This document shows, in pieces, positions 1 through 13,027 of a stretch of 64,000 nt of DNA. A program made the translations under genes and the position numbers. The notes below the pieces were generated by a model. That model saw only the letters and a program-made list of their open reading frames with translations, did no database searches and had not been told where the DNA came from. The DNA comes from Paragordius varius (Eukaryota > Animalia > Nematomorpha), in assembly GCA_964247055.1 (NCBI GenBank), contig OZ176050.1:5828001-5892000 (forward strand), in the 5' to 3' direction. How positions within the stretch are numbered: the stretch's first letter is position 1; every line of letters starts with the position of its first letter.

Positions 1-3000
1 TTTACAAGCACCTTCATCTCGATCATTGTCATGGTAACGACATTCAGTGTAATCGGTCACATTGCCCACATAAACAACCATGATATCGAAGAGGCTATAA
101 CACAAGGTAGAACATATTTTTATTATAATAATAAATTCCATATGTTGATTTTATTATATGGAGAATTTTACAAAATTTAATATTTTAAAATGGATACCAT
201 AAAAAATTGCTTAATTTTGGATTCAATATCTACAACCTTCAATTAAATATAAAAAATATATTGTTTTCGAAAAATTATATTTTTCTTTGCAGACAACGTG
301 ATTCACATATATTTAATTATATTTAATAAATAAATCTTGACGAGAAAATCATATCTTAGACACCTCTCAATTATCGCTATAATTTAGAACTTCAAAGAAA
401 GAGGGAATCAATTTAATCAATCACCTCGCATAAAAATTAAGTGGAACAAATTCAGGAATATATATTATAAAATGAGTATGAAGACATACACAAACATTTC
501 ATCCCTAAATCAACCAATATAATACATTGCTTGATTTTTTCGTTTATCGTTGGTCAAAGACTTGTTTCTATATTTATTTTTTTATTGTTTTAAGGTGCTT
601 TTTATAATGCAAACGTTTTATTGGGTACATAATACAGTAACGAGAGCCATATTGATTTCGGTTTTTTAACACTTCATTATAGTTTCACTTTTTATCCTAG
701 TTTACCTTTTGTGGTAGTATGAGAGCTGAATTTGGTAAATAAACTACAGTTTTAAAAGTTATTTTAGTTAAAATTTGATTTTTAAACATTGTTCTCATGA
801 TTAGATAAAGAAGCTTTTACTTTTTATTGTGACTTCTAGAATCTACAGCTGCAAAACACAATAAACCAGCTGTAAAATCAAAATATATCAAGGTTTTGCT
901 GGTAAAATGCTTTTTATAGTTAATTATTCTAATCATAATATACATTTATTTTCCAGTTGCATTAGCAAAAAAAATTTATTTAAAAAATGGCAAAAAAGTT
1001 TGAGATGAGGATTTTTTTACAATTTTTCAATTTTTTTAAAATAAAATTTTTATAATATGCTTAAAAGACTAAAAAAGTATATTTTCAAATTCGGCTCAAT
1101 AGCATAATTTTCAAGTTAAAATTACAAATCGCTCTGGGTCATAAAACTACCTCAAAAGGTAATGAGTGTTAAATGACTAAAAGGGTATTAATTTACATAT
1201 CTGGTATGTCACATATTACATTATTTTATTTAATTGATAAAGGATCATTGTAGGTCCGAAACATTTCATTTCATAAATAAATTTTAACTCTTTATATGAG
1301 CTATTGATACAATTTACGCCTATAATTAGAAGTCAACTCCAAAAATTTAATAATTTTATTTTTCAAATTCTATCGATAATACGTAAAATTAGGAAAAATT
1401 TGTATATTAATTTAACTTTAATTCAAAAGGGCTGTGTTTTTTAAAAGAGAGACATCATGATGCGGATCATGAGCTATCTATTTTTCCACAATCGCCATCA
1501 CTGTATTTGACATACCCGTTGCACATGATTTTGTGCAAAAATTAAAATACAGTAAAAATTAAATTATACGCGCAAAACGTAAAAATATAAGCACAAATAT
1601 TTTTTTCAAAAGACAACCATACTTTTTTACACTTAAATTTTTATAATATAAGTACAATTGTAAAATATATACATAATTGATTGTTTTACCAATATACATA
1701 TCAATTTCATACTTTACTGTTTTTTAAACAATGAGTTATATCTATAAAATCAACAAAAGTATGATTGCCTTTTGAAAAAAAATATCTTTATACTTTTACG
1801 TTTTGTCCGCATAATTTAAATTATTACTGTATAATTGAACAATAATGGTTTGGTGAAAACGGAGTGATATTTAACAATCGGTTTTATTTGTTCATAATCA
1901 AAAGTAATTTTTCGGGTGTAAATTTTTTTGGTTTGATTTTTTTCAGACATAGATAGAGCTTTTCAATTTACTTTAACCAAAATATCCGTTTTTGATTATC
2001 ATATTGACACTTAAAGATTTATGTGGTAAATAATAATTGATCAATCTACGTTTAGGAATATTAATAGAATAAAGGTTTAAAAAAATGTTTGCGCGCAACA
2101 TAAATGTAAGAGTGGGTAAATAACTTTCCTTGTCTGAAAAAAACTTTTTTGAAATCTGGTAAAATGGCTAAATTTTTATATATGTTGCATTAGCTTAGCT
2201 TTTTAAAACATAAGAAAATATTATATGTATTTTTAACCGTTTAATGGACCAATTTTTTCTAAAAAATATTATTTTTAAAACAGGTCCAGGTCTTATATTT
2301 GTCGTCTATCCGCAAGTGTTTTCCACGCTTCCATACACTCAAATATGGGCATTTCTGTACTTTTTAATGATAATATGCCTCGGGCTAGACAGACAGGTAT
2401 AATTTAGCATAAACTATGGGAATATAATACTTGGTATTTTTATTTTTTCAGAATTTATAGTTTTTGTTTAACAGAAATAACGACACCTTAAACCACCGGT
2501 CTTCGCTAAAAATATACTCTATTATAAAATTATAGGTGTTCTTTAATAAATTTAATTTATATAGAATATCAAAAACTTACATACTTTATCTTTAGATATT
2601 ATATTTTCTTAACCAAGTAGAACTTTAACTATATAATTCTAATGTAAATTTATATTAATAGTTTGCCACAGTGGAGGTTGTGGTTACTAGTTTTTACGAT
2701 GTCAAGCTTTTGGATAAATATTTACCTGGAAGACAATTTTTAGTCCTAATAGTGTGTCTAGTCTCCTATATATTGGGACTCTTTTTTCTAGTCCATGTAA
2801 AAACATTTATCTTATATCTTATAAATAGCGCATAAATAATTTTAGTTTATAATTTTATTTGGTTGAAAAAAATATTTAATGAATGTTAAATTTGAATGAT
2901 AAAATGTAATTTATAAAAAATATTTTAATATAACAGGTATTATACTAAATTTAAGAAACAAATTAACTATAATTTTGAATTACAAACCAAATTACCCTAT

Positions 3001-6000
3001 TATAAATTATTTTTTTAAAAAAAATAGAAAGGAATCCAATATTTACACTTGGTGGATTATTTTGTGGTTGGAATTTCGTTCTTACACGTCGCATTCTTTG
3101 AAGTTCTTATGGTGATCATATTTTTTGGTATAATTAAATAATATATATATATATATATAGGAAAAATTGAAAATCATATAAAGACAAAACGTAAAAAACA
3201 AAAGACTTATCTTTTTAATAAGACAACCATTTTAAAATTAAAATTTTGATTGTTACCTAATGAGAAATAATACATATATACAGTATGCATTTTAATGTAT
3301 GTTAAGTAATTTTATTGCCAGTCAAATAACATAAATGGTATATCAAATGCGTAAAATACTGACCCACGAAATTATTTCGTAGTACACATATGAAAGAGGA
3401 TTGACGTGAGAATTAACATAGGCTTTAATTTGATGGATATTTTGTAATGTTGAATTTTGAGAATATTATAGCAATTTATGTTAACATTTAAAATATTGTC
3501 GTTACGCATTTAGATGCGGAATTTGTGGGTTTTTATCTTTGATAAATTAATTATTTGTAAAATAGGTATTTTAAGATTATTTATGTTAATTATTCTTAAC
3601 TAAATTTAATAGTTAATATTTTTCAACATGATAAATACCTGTATTATTCAAAATTATTATTATACAGTTGTTAGTAATTAAAAAACACAGGTAAATATAT
3701 ATAGGTTTGTGAAAATTTATGTAGATTTTAGATTTTTTGCTTTTTAGGTTTTTCATTGTTAATTAATAATAATTTTTATATATTTTTATACAGGTAAAAA
3801 TTACGGTTTTTAATAAATTTAGGAAAAATTTATTTTTTTTGTTTTTTAGGTTTTGCATTGTTAATTAATAATAATTTTTATATATTTTATATAGTTAGTT
3901 TTTAATAAATTGAGCATAAATTTAATTTTTTTGTTTTTAGATTTCTCATTGTTTGAAATTAATTACTACGCATTTTGGACTTAATAAATACAGATAATTG
4001 CGGTTTTTAACTAATTTCAAATTTAAATTTTTTTGTATTTTGAATCATTGTTATTGTTATTAATAAAATATTTTGGATATTTACATATAAAAATTGCGGT
4101 TTTTAATAAATTAGTAAAATTTTGAATTTATTGTTCAACCTTGCTAATTTATTAATTAATATATATTTTTGATACATTGATATATACAGGTAAAATTACT
4201 ATGATTTGCGGTTTTTAAAATTTTTAGGAAAATTATTTTTTTCGTTTTACATTAAAATCTAATATATTAAATATAGGTAACATATATGAGCATACAGGTA
4301 AAAATGCATGTTGCGGTTTTATGTTTGACATTTTATTTATCAAAATCCAACTATGTATATTTTAACAAACACCTTATGTCACCAAAGATTGAAAATAAGA
4401 TCAAGATATATAAAACATCTTTTAAAGTATCTGAATATCGCCAAATATAAATAAATTTATTTAAATTATGTATAATTGCACAAAATATTCATAATATAAT
4501 GTTTGAAATTAGCATTCTTCTTATTGATATTCATACAGGTAATTTGTTTCTAATATTGATATACGATGCGGTGTGCGTTCATGATGATCATAACTTAAAG
4601 AAATATAATGAGATGCCAAAAAGTCGCTAGGAAATATAGATAATCCTGAAAATTATAATCAACATCATTTTCTGGGATAATTATATCAACTAAAATATAA
4701 GATAAAAACGTATTTGATTAAAGTATTTGAAAATTGATACCAGGATTCTAGAAGTATTTTCAACATAATATATTGGGTTCTAAAACATTCAAAGTTTGAA
4801 AGGGGACTAAATAAGGTTGACTTGGCTTAACAACTAAATTTGCAAAAAAATATTTTCGTCATGATAAAAATTTCAAAAAAGATATTTTATGTTTTTGCGT
4901 TTTTGTTCTACCAGCCAAATGAAAAGGTTTATATGATTTTACCAATGACGTCAAATAGAAAATAGCAACAATTTTTTTTTCAAAAGCCTTGAATGCAACA
5001 GCACTCCAATAACTAAGCAGTCAACTACCATTGTTTGCTCTGGTGAAGAAAAGTTTTTCATATTTAGTTTAGTACGGTAGAAAGAAAAAAAACATAAAAT
5101 ATCATTTTTAAATTTTTTATTATGAAGATTTTTTTGCAAATTTAGTTGTTAAAAAGCCAGGTCAATCCTCTTTCAAACTTTGGATGTTTTAGCCCCCAAT
5201 ATTTAAAATTATGTTGAATACTTCTAGAATCCAGTTATCAATTTTCTAATACTTTAATCATATAAGTTTCTATCTTATATTTTAGTTTATAATCATCTCA
5301 GAAAATTATGTTGATTGTATTCAGGATTATCTACATTTCCTAGTGATTTTTTGGCATCTCATTATATTTCTTAATCTAAGTTATGATCACCATGAACGCA
5401 CACCGCATCGTATCTCAATATTAGAAACAAATTACCTGTATGAATACAATATGAAAAATGCTAATTTTAAACATTATATTATGAATATTTTGTATAATTA
5501 TACATATTTAAATAAATTTATTTATATTTGGCGATATTCAGATACTTTAAAAGATTTATATATCATGATCTTATTTTCAATCTTTAATGACATAAGGTGT
5601 TTGTTAAAATATACATAGTTGGATTTTAAAATAAAATGTCAAACATAAAACCGCAACATGCATTACCTGTATGCTCAGATATGTTAACTCTATTTAATAT
5701 ATTAGTTATCAATGTAAAATGAAAAAAATAATTTTCCTAAAAATTTTAAAAACCGCAAATCATAGTAATTTTTACCTGTATATATCAATGTATCAAAAAT
5801 TTATCGTAATTAATAAATTAGCAAGGTTGAACAAAAAAGTAAAAAATTTACTATTTATTAAGAGCCGAAATTTTCACCTGTTTTTTAAATGTCCAAAATA
5901 TTTAGTTAAATAACAATGATACAAAATACAAAAAAAATTAAATTTAAAATTTGAACCGCAATTTTTACCTGTATTTATTATAATGTCCAAAATATGTAGT

Positions 6001-9000
6001 AATTAATTACAATTAAGAATCCAAAACCTAAAAAACAAAAAAAAACTAAATTTTTACTAAATTTATTAAAAAGCGCAATTTTTACCTGTATGTATTATAA
6101 TGTTTAAAATATGTACTAATTTCAATTAACCATGTTAAATAAAAAAACAAAATTTTTTTATTAAATTTGTTAAAAACCTCAATTTTTACCTGTATTTAGT
6201 ATAATGTCCAAATTATGTAGTAATTGATTACAATCAACAATGCAAAACCTAAAAAACAAAAAAACTAAATTTTTACTAAATTTGTATAAAAACCGCAATT
6301 TTTACCTGTATTTATTAAAATGTCCAAAATATGTAGTAATTGATTACAATTAACAATGTTAAATAAAAATAAATTTGACTAAATTTAAAAACCGAATTTT
6401 CTGATTAAAATGTCTGAAATATTTAAAAATTAACGATAAAACATAAAAGACAAAAACCTAAAATCTACTTAAATTTTCATAAATATATATTTACCTGTGT
6501 TTCAGGTATTTATGTTGAAAAATATTAATAATTAAATTTAGGAATAATCAACATAAAAAATCATAAAAAACGTATTTTACTATTTATTAAATTATCAGAG
6601 ATAAAAACCCACAGCATCTAAATACGTAACAACAATATTTTAAATGTAACATAAATTGCTATAATATTCTCAAAAATAACATTACAAAATATCCATCAAA
6701 TTAAAGCCTATGTACTTACGTCAATCCTCTTTCATATGTATACTACGAAATAATTTCGTGGGTCAGTATTTTACGCATTTGATAAACCATTTATGTTATT
6801 TGACTGGCAATAAAATTACTTAACATGCATTAATATGCATTCTGTTTAATATATATTTATAAAAAATTTAACATATGAGTTTTTACGTTTTGTAAATAAT
6901 TTTTTATGAAAGTTAGAATTATTATTATTATTATTAGATTCCCTTAAATAAATAAAGTACGTCTTTAGGTGTCAAAAAGTTGTCTTGCCTTTTGAGAATA
7001 TTTACGCATAAACAACCTCCTTTGTATATCATATTGTGTTGGTACGCGGCACCTGTATTTTTAATGGTAATATTTTTTCCCAATCAATAGATTTTATATT
7101 AATAATGAACACATAGAATTTCAAATAATTTTTTCACATTTCATGATTGGAAAACGCGTTGTCGATTAAAACTAATTGATCGTGTAAATATATTTTTATC
7201 AGACACTAATGTCTTTTCATTTGGCACAATACACAACTATTCGCTACGATGATATGTACAATTATCCAAAATTAGCGTTAGGACTGGGTTGGTTCATTTC
7301 CTACATGCCTATCATATGTGTATTCGTTGGTTTTTGTATAAAAATTTATCCAAACAAAAACCTTACCATGGGTCAGGTTAATCTATATTTTTTAGCAATA
7401 TACAATGATTTATAACTATGAAAACTACAATTCTTTGATGAATAGCGGGGATTGGAATTAACATTTCATTGTTTTGGGTTTCATTTTTTTCCATTTATAA
7501 TTGGCTAAAAATAACTTTCAATCAGAAACCTATAAACTTTAATTATGCTATATTTTAAAGATCTAATTCCAATTTTTAAATGAAAATCAAAATTTAATTT
7601 ATCACTTAAGGGTAGTTTTATTAAGATCATAAAAATTATTTAAGAACCGCGATACCGCTTCTTTCAAATTCCACAAACTTGATAGTTTCGATACAACATG
7701 GGAAATCCGTGTATAAAACCGATTAGGATCATTTCCAAAACTTATTATAATAGATTTACCCAAAAAGCATTTAAATTATATATAGATGACGACTTAAAAA
7801 TTATATTTTGCAAATTTGACAATTTAAATTATTCGCTTATAATATAATTAGGATAGAATTGATAAATTAAGTTGAAAATGTTGCTTACCGAGCTTTGCAC
7901 TATTTTTTAATTAGCTAATAGCTATTTTCATCAGTTGGCCTATATTTAAAACGTTTTAAAAAACTCACTATTGTCAAATCTGTTGTTATCAAAAATATAA
8001 CAAACTAAATTTAACTGAACTAAAATCATTAATTTATTTGCAAATAAATACCATTTTTTGATAATAGAGGTTTGTGGAAAGCTTCAACTCTGTCATGAGT
8101 TTGGAAACCTATTCATTTTTGGAGGCAGTTGACCCAAGTAAAATAGCTGAAATGAACCCAACACTGTTGAAATGTTATTGGCACTTTTGCAATCGTCCAC
8201 ACTCAAAGCATGATAGTCGTAATGTCAATTACAACCGATTACCAAGTATGAATAGCAATGAAACGCAAACTAAGACCCACGTTTCAGATTCAAAACAGCT
8301 TACGACCTCATCAAACCTATCATCTCCCTCATATCGTGGTATACACTTGCATCATCACAACAAATTAGCTCATCATCATCACCGTTACCACAAAAATAAA
8401 CATGGTGGCCATCATCGAAAAATGTCACTTGGAAATACGATATTAGCCGATTCGAATACGCCTGGTTATTGCGACCCGGAAGAATTTGTCCTGCAATTCA
8501 TGCCTGAAATGAGGAAATTGATTGCGGCTGAAAAGTTGCTGAAGCAAAAACATCAAAGGCCTCAAGGGAGCGATCATGACCAAAAACAATCCAAACATTT
8601 GAATCGACATAATTTAGCTTTACCATTACATCACCATAATCTGCATACTTCTATGGCGATAAAAAGAATAGGACAAAAACACCAAGTATTATACCCACAA
8701 CATTCTCCAAAAACTGATATAATGAATGGTAAACATGACAAAAATCTAACAATGAATAAAAACCGTAATAAATTAATTACAAATACAAAACGTTTGACGC
8801 ATAGTGATGATACACTCCTGAGATCTCTGGATAGTATTAGAGAAGAAACCTCCCCAACTGTGTTAACGCATCCAAATCAATATTATACCATTTCAAATGC
8901 CATGTTCATGCGTAATTATCCATTAAAATCTCATGCTCGAAATAAAATTGTTCCCATATACCCTGGGCTAATGTACAAAAATATTTTAACAAAAGATAAC

Positions 9001-9027
9001 ATACATCACACATTTGTCAAATTATAA
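1..9027 (+). CDS. SLC6 sodium:neurotransmitter symporter family transporter (inebriated/GlyT-like), 5'-partial (TM7 onward)
   Basis: Exons <1-106, 2284-2396, 2662-2796, 3028-3127, 6969-7066, 7203-7376, 8068-9027, all GT-AG with matching phases. Translation includes ...GHIAHINNHDIEEAITQ|GPGLIFVVYPQVFSTLPYTQIWAFLYFLMIICLGLDRQ|FATVEVVVTS...|KGIQYLHLVDYF...FFEV...|GVKKLS...PPLYIILCWYAAPVFLM|...YPKLALGLGWFISY..., i.e. SLC6 TM7-TM12, followed by a ~320-aa terminal exon. Subfamily is inferred from GPGLIFVVYPQ and FATVEVVVTS. Confidence 0.92.
1550..1829. mobile_element. Tc1/mariner-type MITE in SLC6 intron
   Basis: TA|CAGTA...TACTG|TA ends. About 90-bp imperfect terminal inverted repeats (cagtaaaaattaaattatacgcgcaaaacgtaaaa / ttttacgttttgtccgcataatttaaattattactg). 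No ORF. Confidence 0.7.
3281..6844. repeat. ~3.56-kb foldback (long imperfect palindrome) with internal tandem subrepeats, in SLC6 intron
   Basis: Arm ~3281-4911 is the reverse complement of arm ~5076-6844 (e.g. gtcaaataacataaatggtatatcaaatgcgtaaaatactgacccacgaaattatttcgtagta near 3321 vs its reverse complement near 6730-6805). Spacer ~165 bp. Both arms carry reiterated (t)acaggtaaaaattgcggttt units. Left end TA|CAGTATGCAT, right end ATGCATTCTG. Confidence 0.85.
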
Positions 9028-10083
9028 ATTTAAATTATAAATCCTAACGCGGTTAAATATACTCCAAAATATGATCTAATAAAACCAATTTTCAAATAAA
9101 ACATATTATCATTGTAAAATGGCATTATTTATTAACATAATGTGTGGTATATATTTATTATGTATTAAGTGGGTAAATTTTAGATAAACGGTCAATACAT
9201 TTTTTAAAAAAATAATTACGACATTTATATTATCTTGTACTTATACATATATAGAAAGAAATAGGAAAACACATTAAATATAGTAATAAAATGTATGCAT
9301 TAGCATGAAAAATTAATGAAAATAGCATAATGATCAAAGGTGAAAATCAATGTATGATAGTGCAGAAACTTAGATAGGGTGCAGAGAATTATTTTATCTT
9401 TTATTGTAGTACTTTTTTGGAAAAAATTGGGAAAAATCTTTTATACAATCTATCTCATTTTTTGTGAGTGAGGGAAAATGCATTTTGAAGATTGGGGACT
9501 TACAATATATATGTTAAATTTAGGTTAAGTGTGATGCTGTGTAGAATTTGGATGAAACATGCGTGTAAAAATTACAATAATAATATCATATTATTGATAA
9601 AATAATACTAATCTTGGGAGATACATATCAGAATCACAAGGAGCAAAAGTTACCAACCAAACATCAATCTGTCACAATTTATAGTTTAATTTTAATAAGT
9701 TGTATTATAAGTTGTATTATGAGTATCTATAATGGTTAAATAAAAACAAATTTTTGAAACAATATAAATATTTATCAAAGAAATTAACTATTAATAAAAA
9801 ATCCACTGTATTTCACACATAATAAATTTTTTAAGGTTTTAGTTAAAATAAATATAGTAGGGAAGGGGCACAGGCAAAAAAATTATAAAAAATGTAATTA
9901 AAAAATAAATAATTAACCTTTTCATGAAAAAAAAGATTGGATTCACGAAAAAAAATTCAAAATATATAAATCTTCCATTCAAACAACAGCCTTATTTTCA
10001 AAAATATCATAAACAAAAAAAACTTTCTCGTAAATATAAAAAAACGAAATTAGAACAAAAATGTAGACATATTAAATAGTTTA

Positions 10084-13027
10084 TTACTTTTGTTCATTTA
10101 TGTCATTTGCATTAGGAGGTTGATTTTCATTGGTATCATTATTATTATTATTATTGTTGTTGTTTAGGTTATTATTATTATTCGTCTTACCATTTGGATT
10201 ATTGAGATAGGTATTAACTAAATTACCATCAAAGTTATTTCCCGTCCCACGGCCCGCTATATTAGCCATCACTAAATAAAATAAATTATTTGGTGGATGA
10301 TTGTATATTAAAAAAAAAATCAAATTAGATAAAAAAAACAAAGCAATAAAATCTGTAATTTTTTCGGGCAACAATCTATTTATCAACACAGGAAATTATG
10401 TAATTTTAAAAAATATAAAACAACCATTTTACAGTGGTATATAAAATTGTTAATTTTTTATTACGATTCAGAATTAACAGTACATACTATTATCAATAGC
10501 CAGCGGTGACAAATTTTGAGCCATAGGGTTATTCATAGCCATATTTTTCCCTAACATATCTCTGTCGACTGGCATGTGATAATTATAATTACCTAAATAT
10601 ATATAAGAAAATTTATATTAAACATTGATTAAGATTAACATATCTAAAGGAGTTATAGATTTATGTAAAAATATGTTATAATATATTACCACTAGGCATT
10701 TCTGGAGCAGGTTCCTTGTTAAAATTCAAAAACTTAAAACCATCTCCGTAGCCATGCTGTAATGATAAGCGGTAAGCTTCCAATTTGTTTTCAAGATCAC
10801 TGACTTGGGATCTTCTTTCATCTGGATTTTCAACTTCTAAAGAAAGTATTAAAAATAAAAGGATAAGATTGATGCGTAACATAAAAAATAGTTTTTGTAA
10901 GTAAAAATGGTGTTGGGTAAACCATTTAGCAATGAATAATTTTTTTAATCTCTTAGCGGCGTAAATGTATATAGCGCCAGTTTTTCGATTTAAATAAAAA
11001 TTATCTGATAAAACTTTTTTTATCCATTCATAATATATAAATATATAGATTATACTATTTTGGTCACTCCCAGCTTTTGCGGTGTTAACGGCCCCCAAAT
11101 TACCAATCATGCTAGCATTTATGGCATTGTTATTGCTGGTTGATTCGCCCCCATTGTTTGCATTATTTGTCATTATGGTATTGAGTGGTGGCGCATTTAC
11201 TCCTTGTTGTCCAACACCTGAAGTGAAAAGACCCGTCGTCCCCGAAGGTCCAGGTTGTTGGGCACCTTTAAAGCAACACGAAAACGATTTAGAAAAATAT
11301 TTGTGTAGTTTTCATCATCATCAAAAATATGGCTTTAAAGATTCACTATTGGATAACATTTTTTTCGAAACATTCAAAAGCTAACACCTTTAACTTCAAC
11401 ACCTTTTTTCATTCAAAAAGATAATTAACCCGGAAAAATTTATTAATAATTGGTCAAGGAACAATCTTTTTCTTCAGGAAGCATCAAATTCTAAAGAATT
11501 TAACTATACTTAAACTTAAAATAAAATTGATTTTAATTGAAAAAAGAAAAAAAAAATATTTTCTATATATATATATATATATAACATACCTGCATTTGTG
11601 GTAGCAAAATCATGTTTTTGTTTAAGAAACGTCCAATCAAAACAATAATCATATTGATGATTCAAAGTTCGAAACAGAATGCGAAACAATTGACGCACAT
11701 ACATGTAATCGGGAGTTTCTTCAAACCGTATCGCTCGGCAGTAATTTAAGTACATACAAAATTCTGCTGGGTACCCCTTTTTTATAAATTATAAAAAAAA
11801 CATTTTAAATGGAAATTCGTATAAATGATGTTGGTTAGACATTTTCTTGTATAGAATTTCACACAACAAATTATTATAGAATTAAAATATACTCGGCATA
11901 AAACTTCAACTGGAGTAGACATCTTTTTCTCGCTAATTTTTTCATATTTTTGTTTTTTTGTCACAGCCTATTATGCAAGAATAAATTTAGATATATTTTT
12001 TTGTTTCATTAAAATAAATATATAGAAAATTTTACCTTAAGACCTTGCCATGGTAAACTAGTACGATTAAAGTACATTAAAATGTATCCCAAAGACTCCA
12101 TATCATCACGCCGACTAAACAAATAATTACATCAATATAATTTAAAATAAAAAATGCTCTCATACACATTATAAAGCGAAAATATATTTCTTTTATAAAT
12201 TTTCTCAAAAAATATAACCTTTGTTCTATGCCAAGATGCGCATTTATACTTGCATAACGTGCAGTGCCGGTTAAATTTTTGTCATCGCGATAAGGAATAT
12301 GTATCTTAGTACGGTTGTCACGATATTTTTTAGCCAAACCAAAATCGATAATATACAGCTAGTTAATTATATAAACAATAAAATATGGTGGAGAAATATA
12401 AATATATTATTTTGTATATGAAAAGGAATATACTTTGTTACAATGACGACCTATCCCCATCAAATAATTATCTGGCTTAACATCTCGATGTATAAAATTC
12501 TTTGAATGTATAAATTCAAGGCGAGATATCATCTATATATTGCAAAATATAAGTTACTTGATCCGCTAACATAAGCACAGTTTTCAATGTAAAGCGCCGT
12601 GAACAAAAATTAAACAAATCTTCAAGGCTTGGTCCCAAAAGATCCATTACCATAAAATTAAAACCACGTTCTTCCCCAAACCAACTATATATATAAAATT
12701 TTATTGGATTATAATTGAAGAAAAAAGCAGAATAAAAATGCATATATACCGAATATGCGGTATACCAATCCCGCCCTGAAAAAGTTTATAAAGCTTGCTC
12801 TCATATTGTAGTTGAGGATGTCTTGCTTTAACTGATTCAACTTTTACTGCAACTTCCTACAAAAATAGCTAACAAATTACCTCCCCATTAAATAAATTTA
12901 CACCAAGATATATATCACCAAAAGATCCGCTACCAATCTTTCTAATAAGCCGATAGCGGCCTCCAACCAGGGATTCGGGTTTTACTGATGCTAAAATTAT
13001 ATTAAAGTTACTACTTGGTGCATTCAT
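10084..13027 (-). CDS. CSNK1A1: Casein kinase I alpha with long Asn-rich C-terminal extension (~536 aa)
   Basis: Exons (-): 12881-13027, 12750-12856, 12558-12684, 12434-12532, 12219-12358, 12036-12114, 11893-11967, 11590-11776, 11056-11265, 10690-10836, 10488-10592, 10084-10271. Motifs [114 protein letters not shown] are CK1alpha-diagnostic. The last four exons rest on phase-compatible splice sites only. Confidence 0.93.

Noticed and set aside
4951-5913. ORFs 4951-5139, 5343-5618, 5719-5913
   Set aside because: They lie inside the foldback repeat, show AT-driven K/N/I/F/Y composition and have no recognisable motifs.
6976-7002. aaaagttgtcttgccttttgagaatattt resembling the 1550-1829 MITE end
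   Set aside because: It falls within the phase-correct SLC6 exon 6969-7066 (TM11 region); the similarity is treated as chance.
11082-11384. 100-aa plus-strand ORF
   Set aside because: Antisense shadow of CK1alpha exon 11056-11265.
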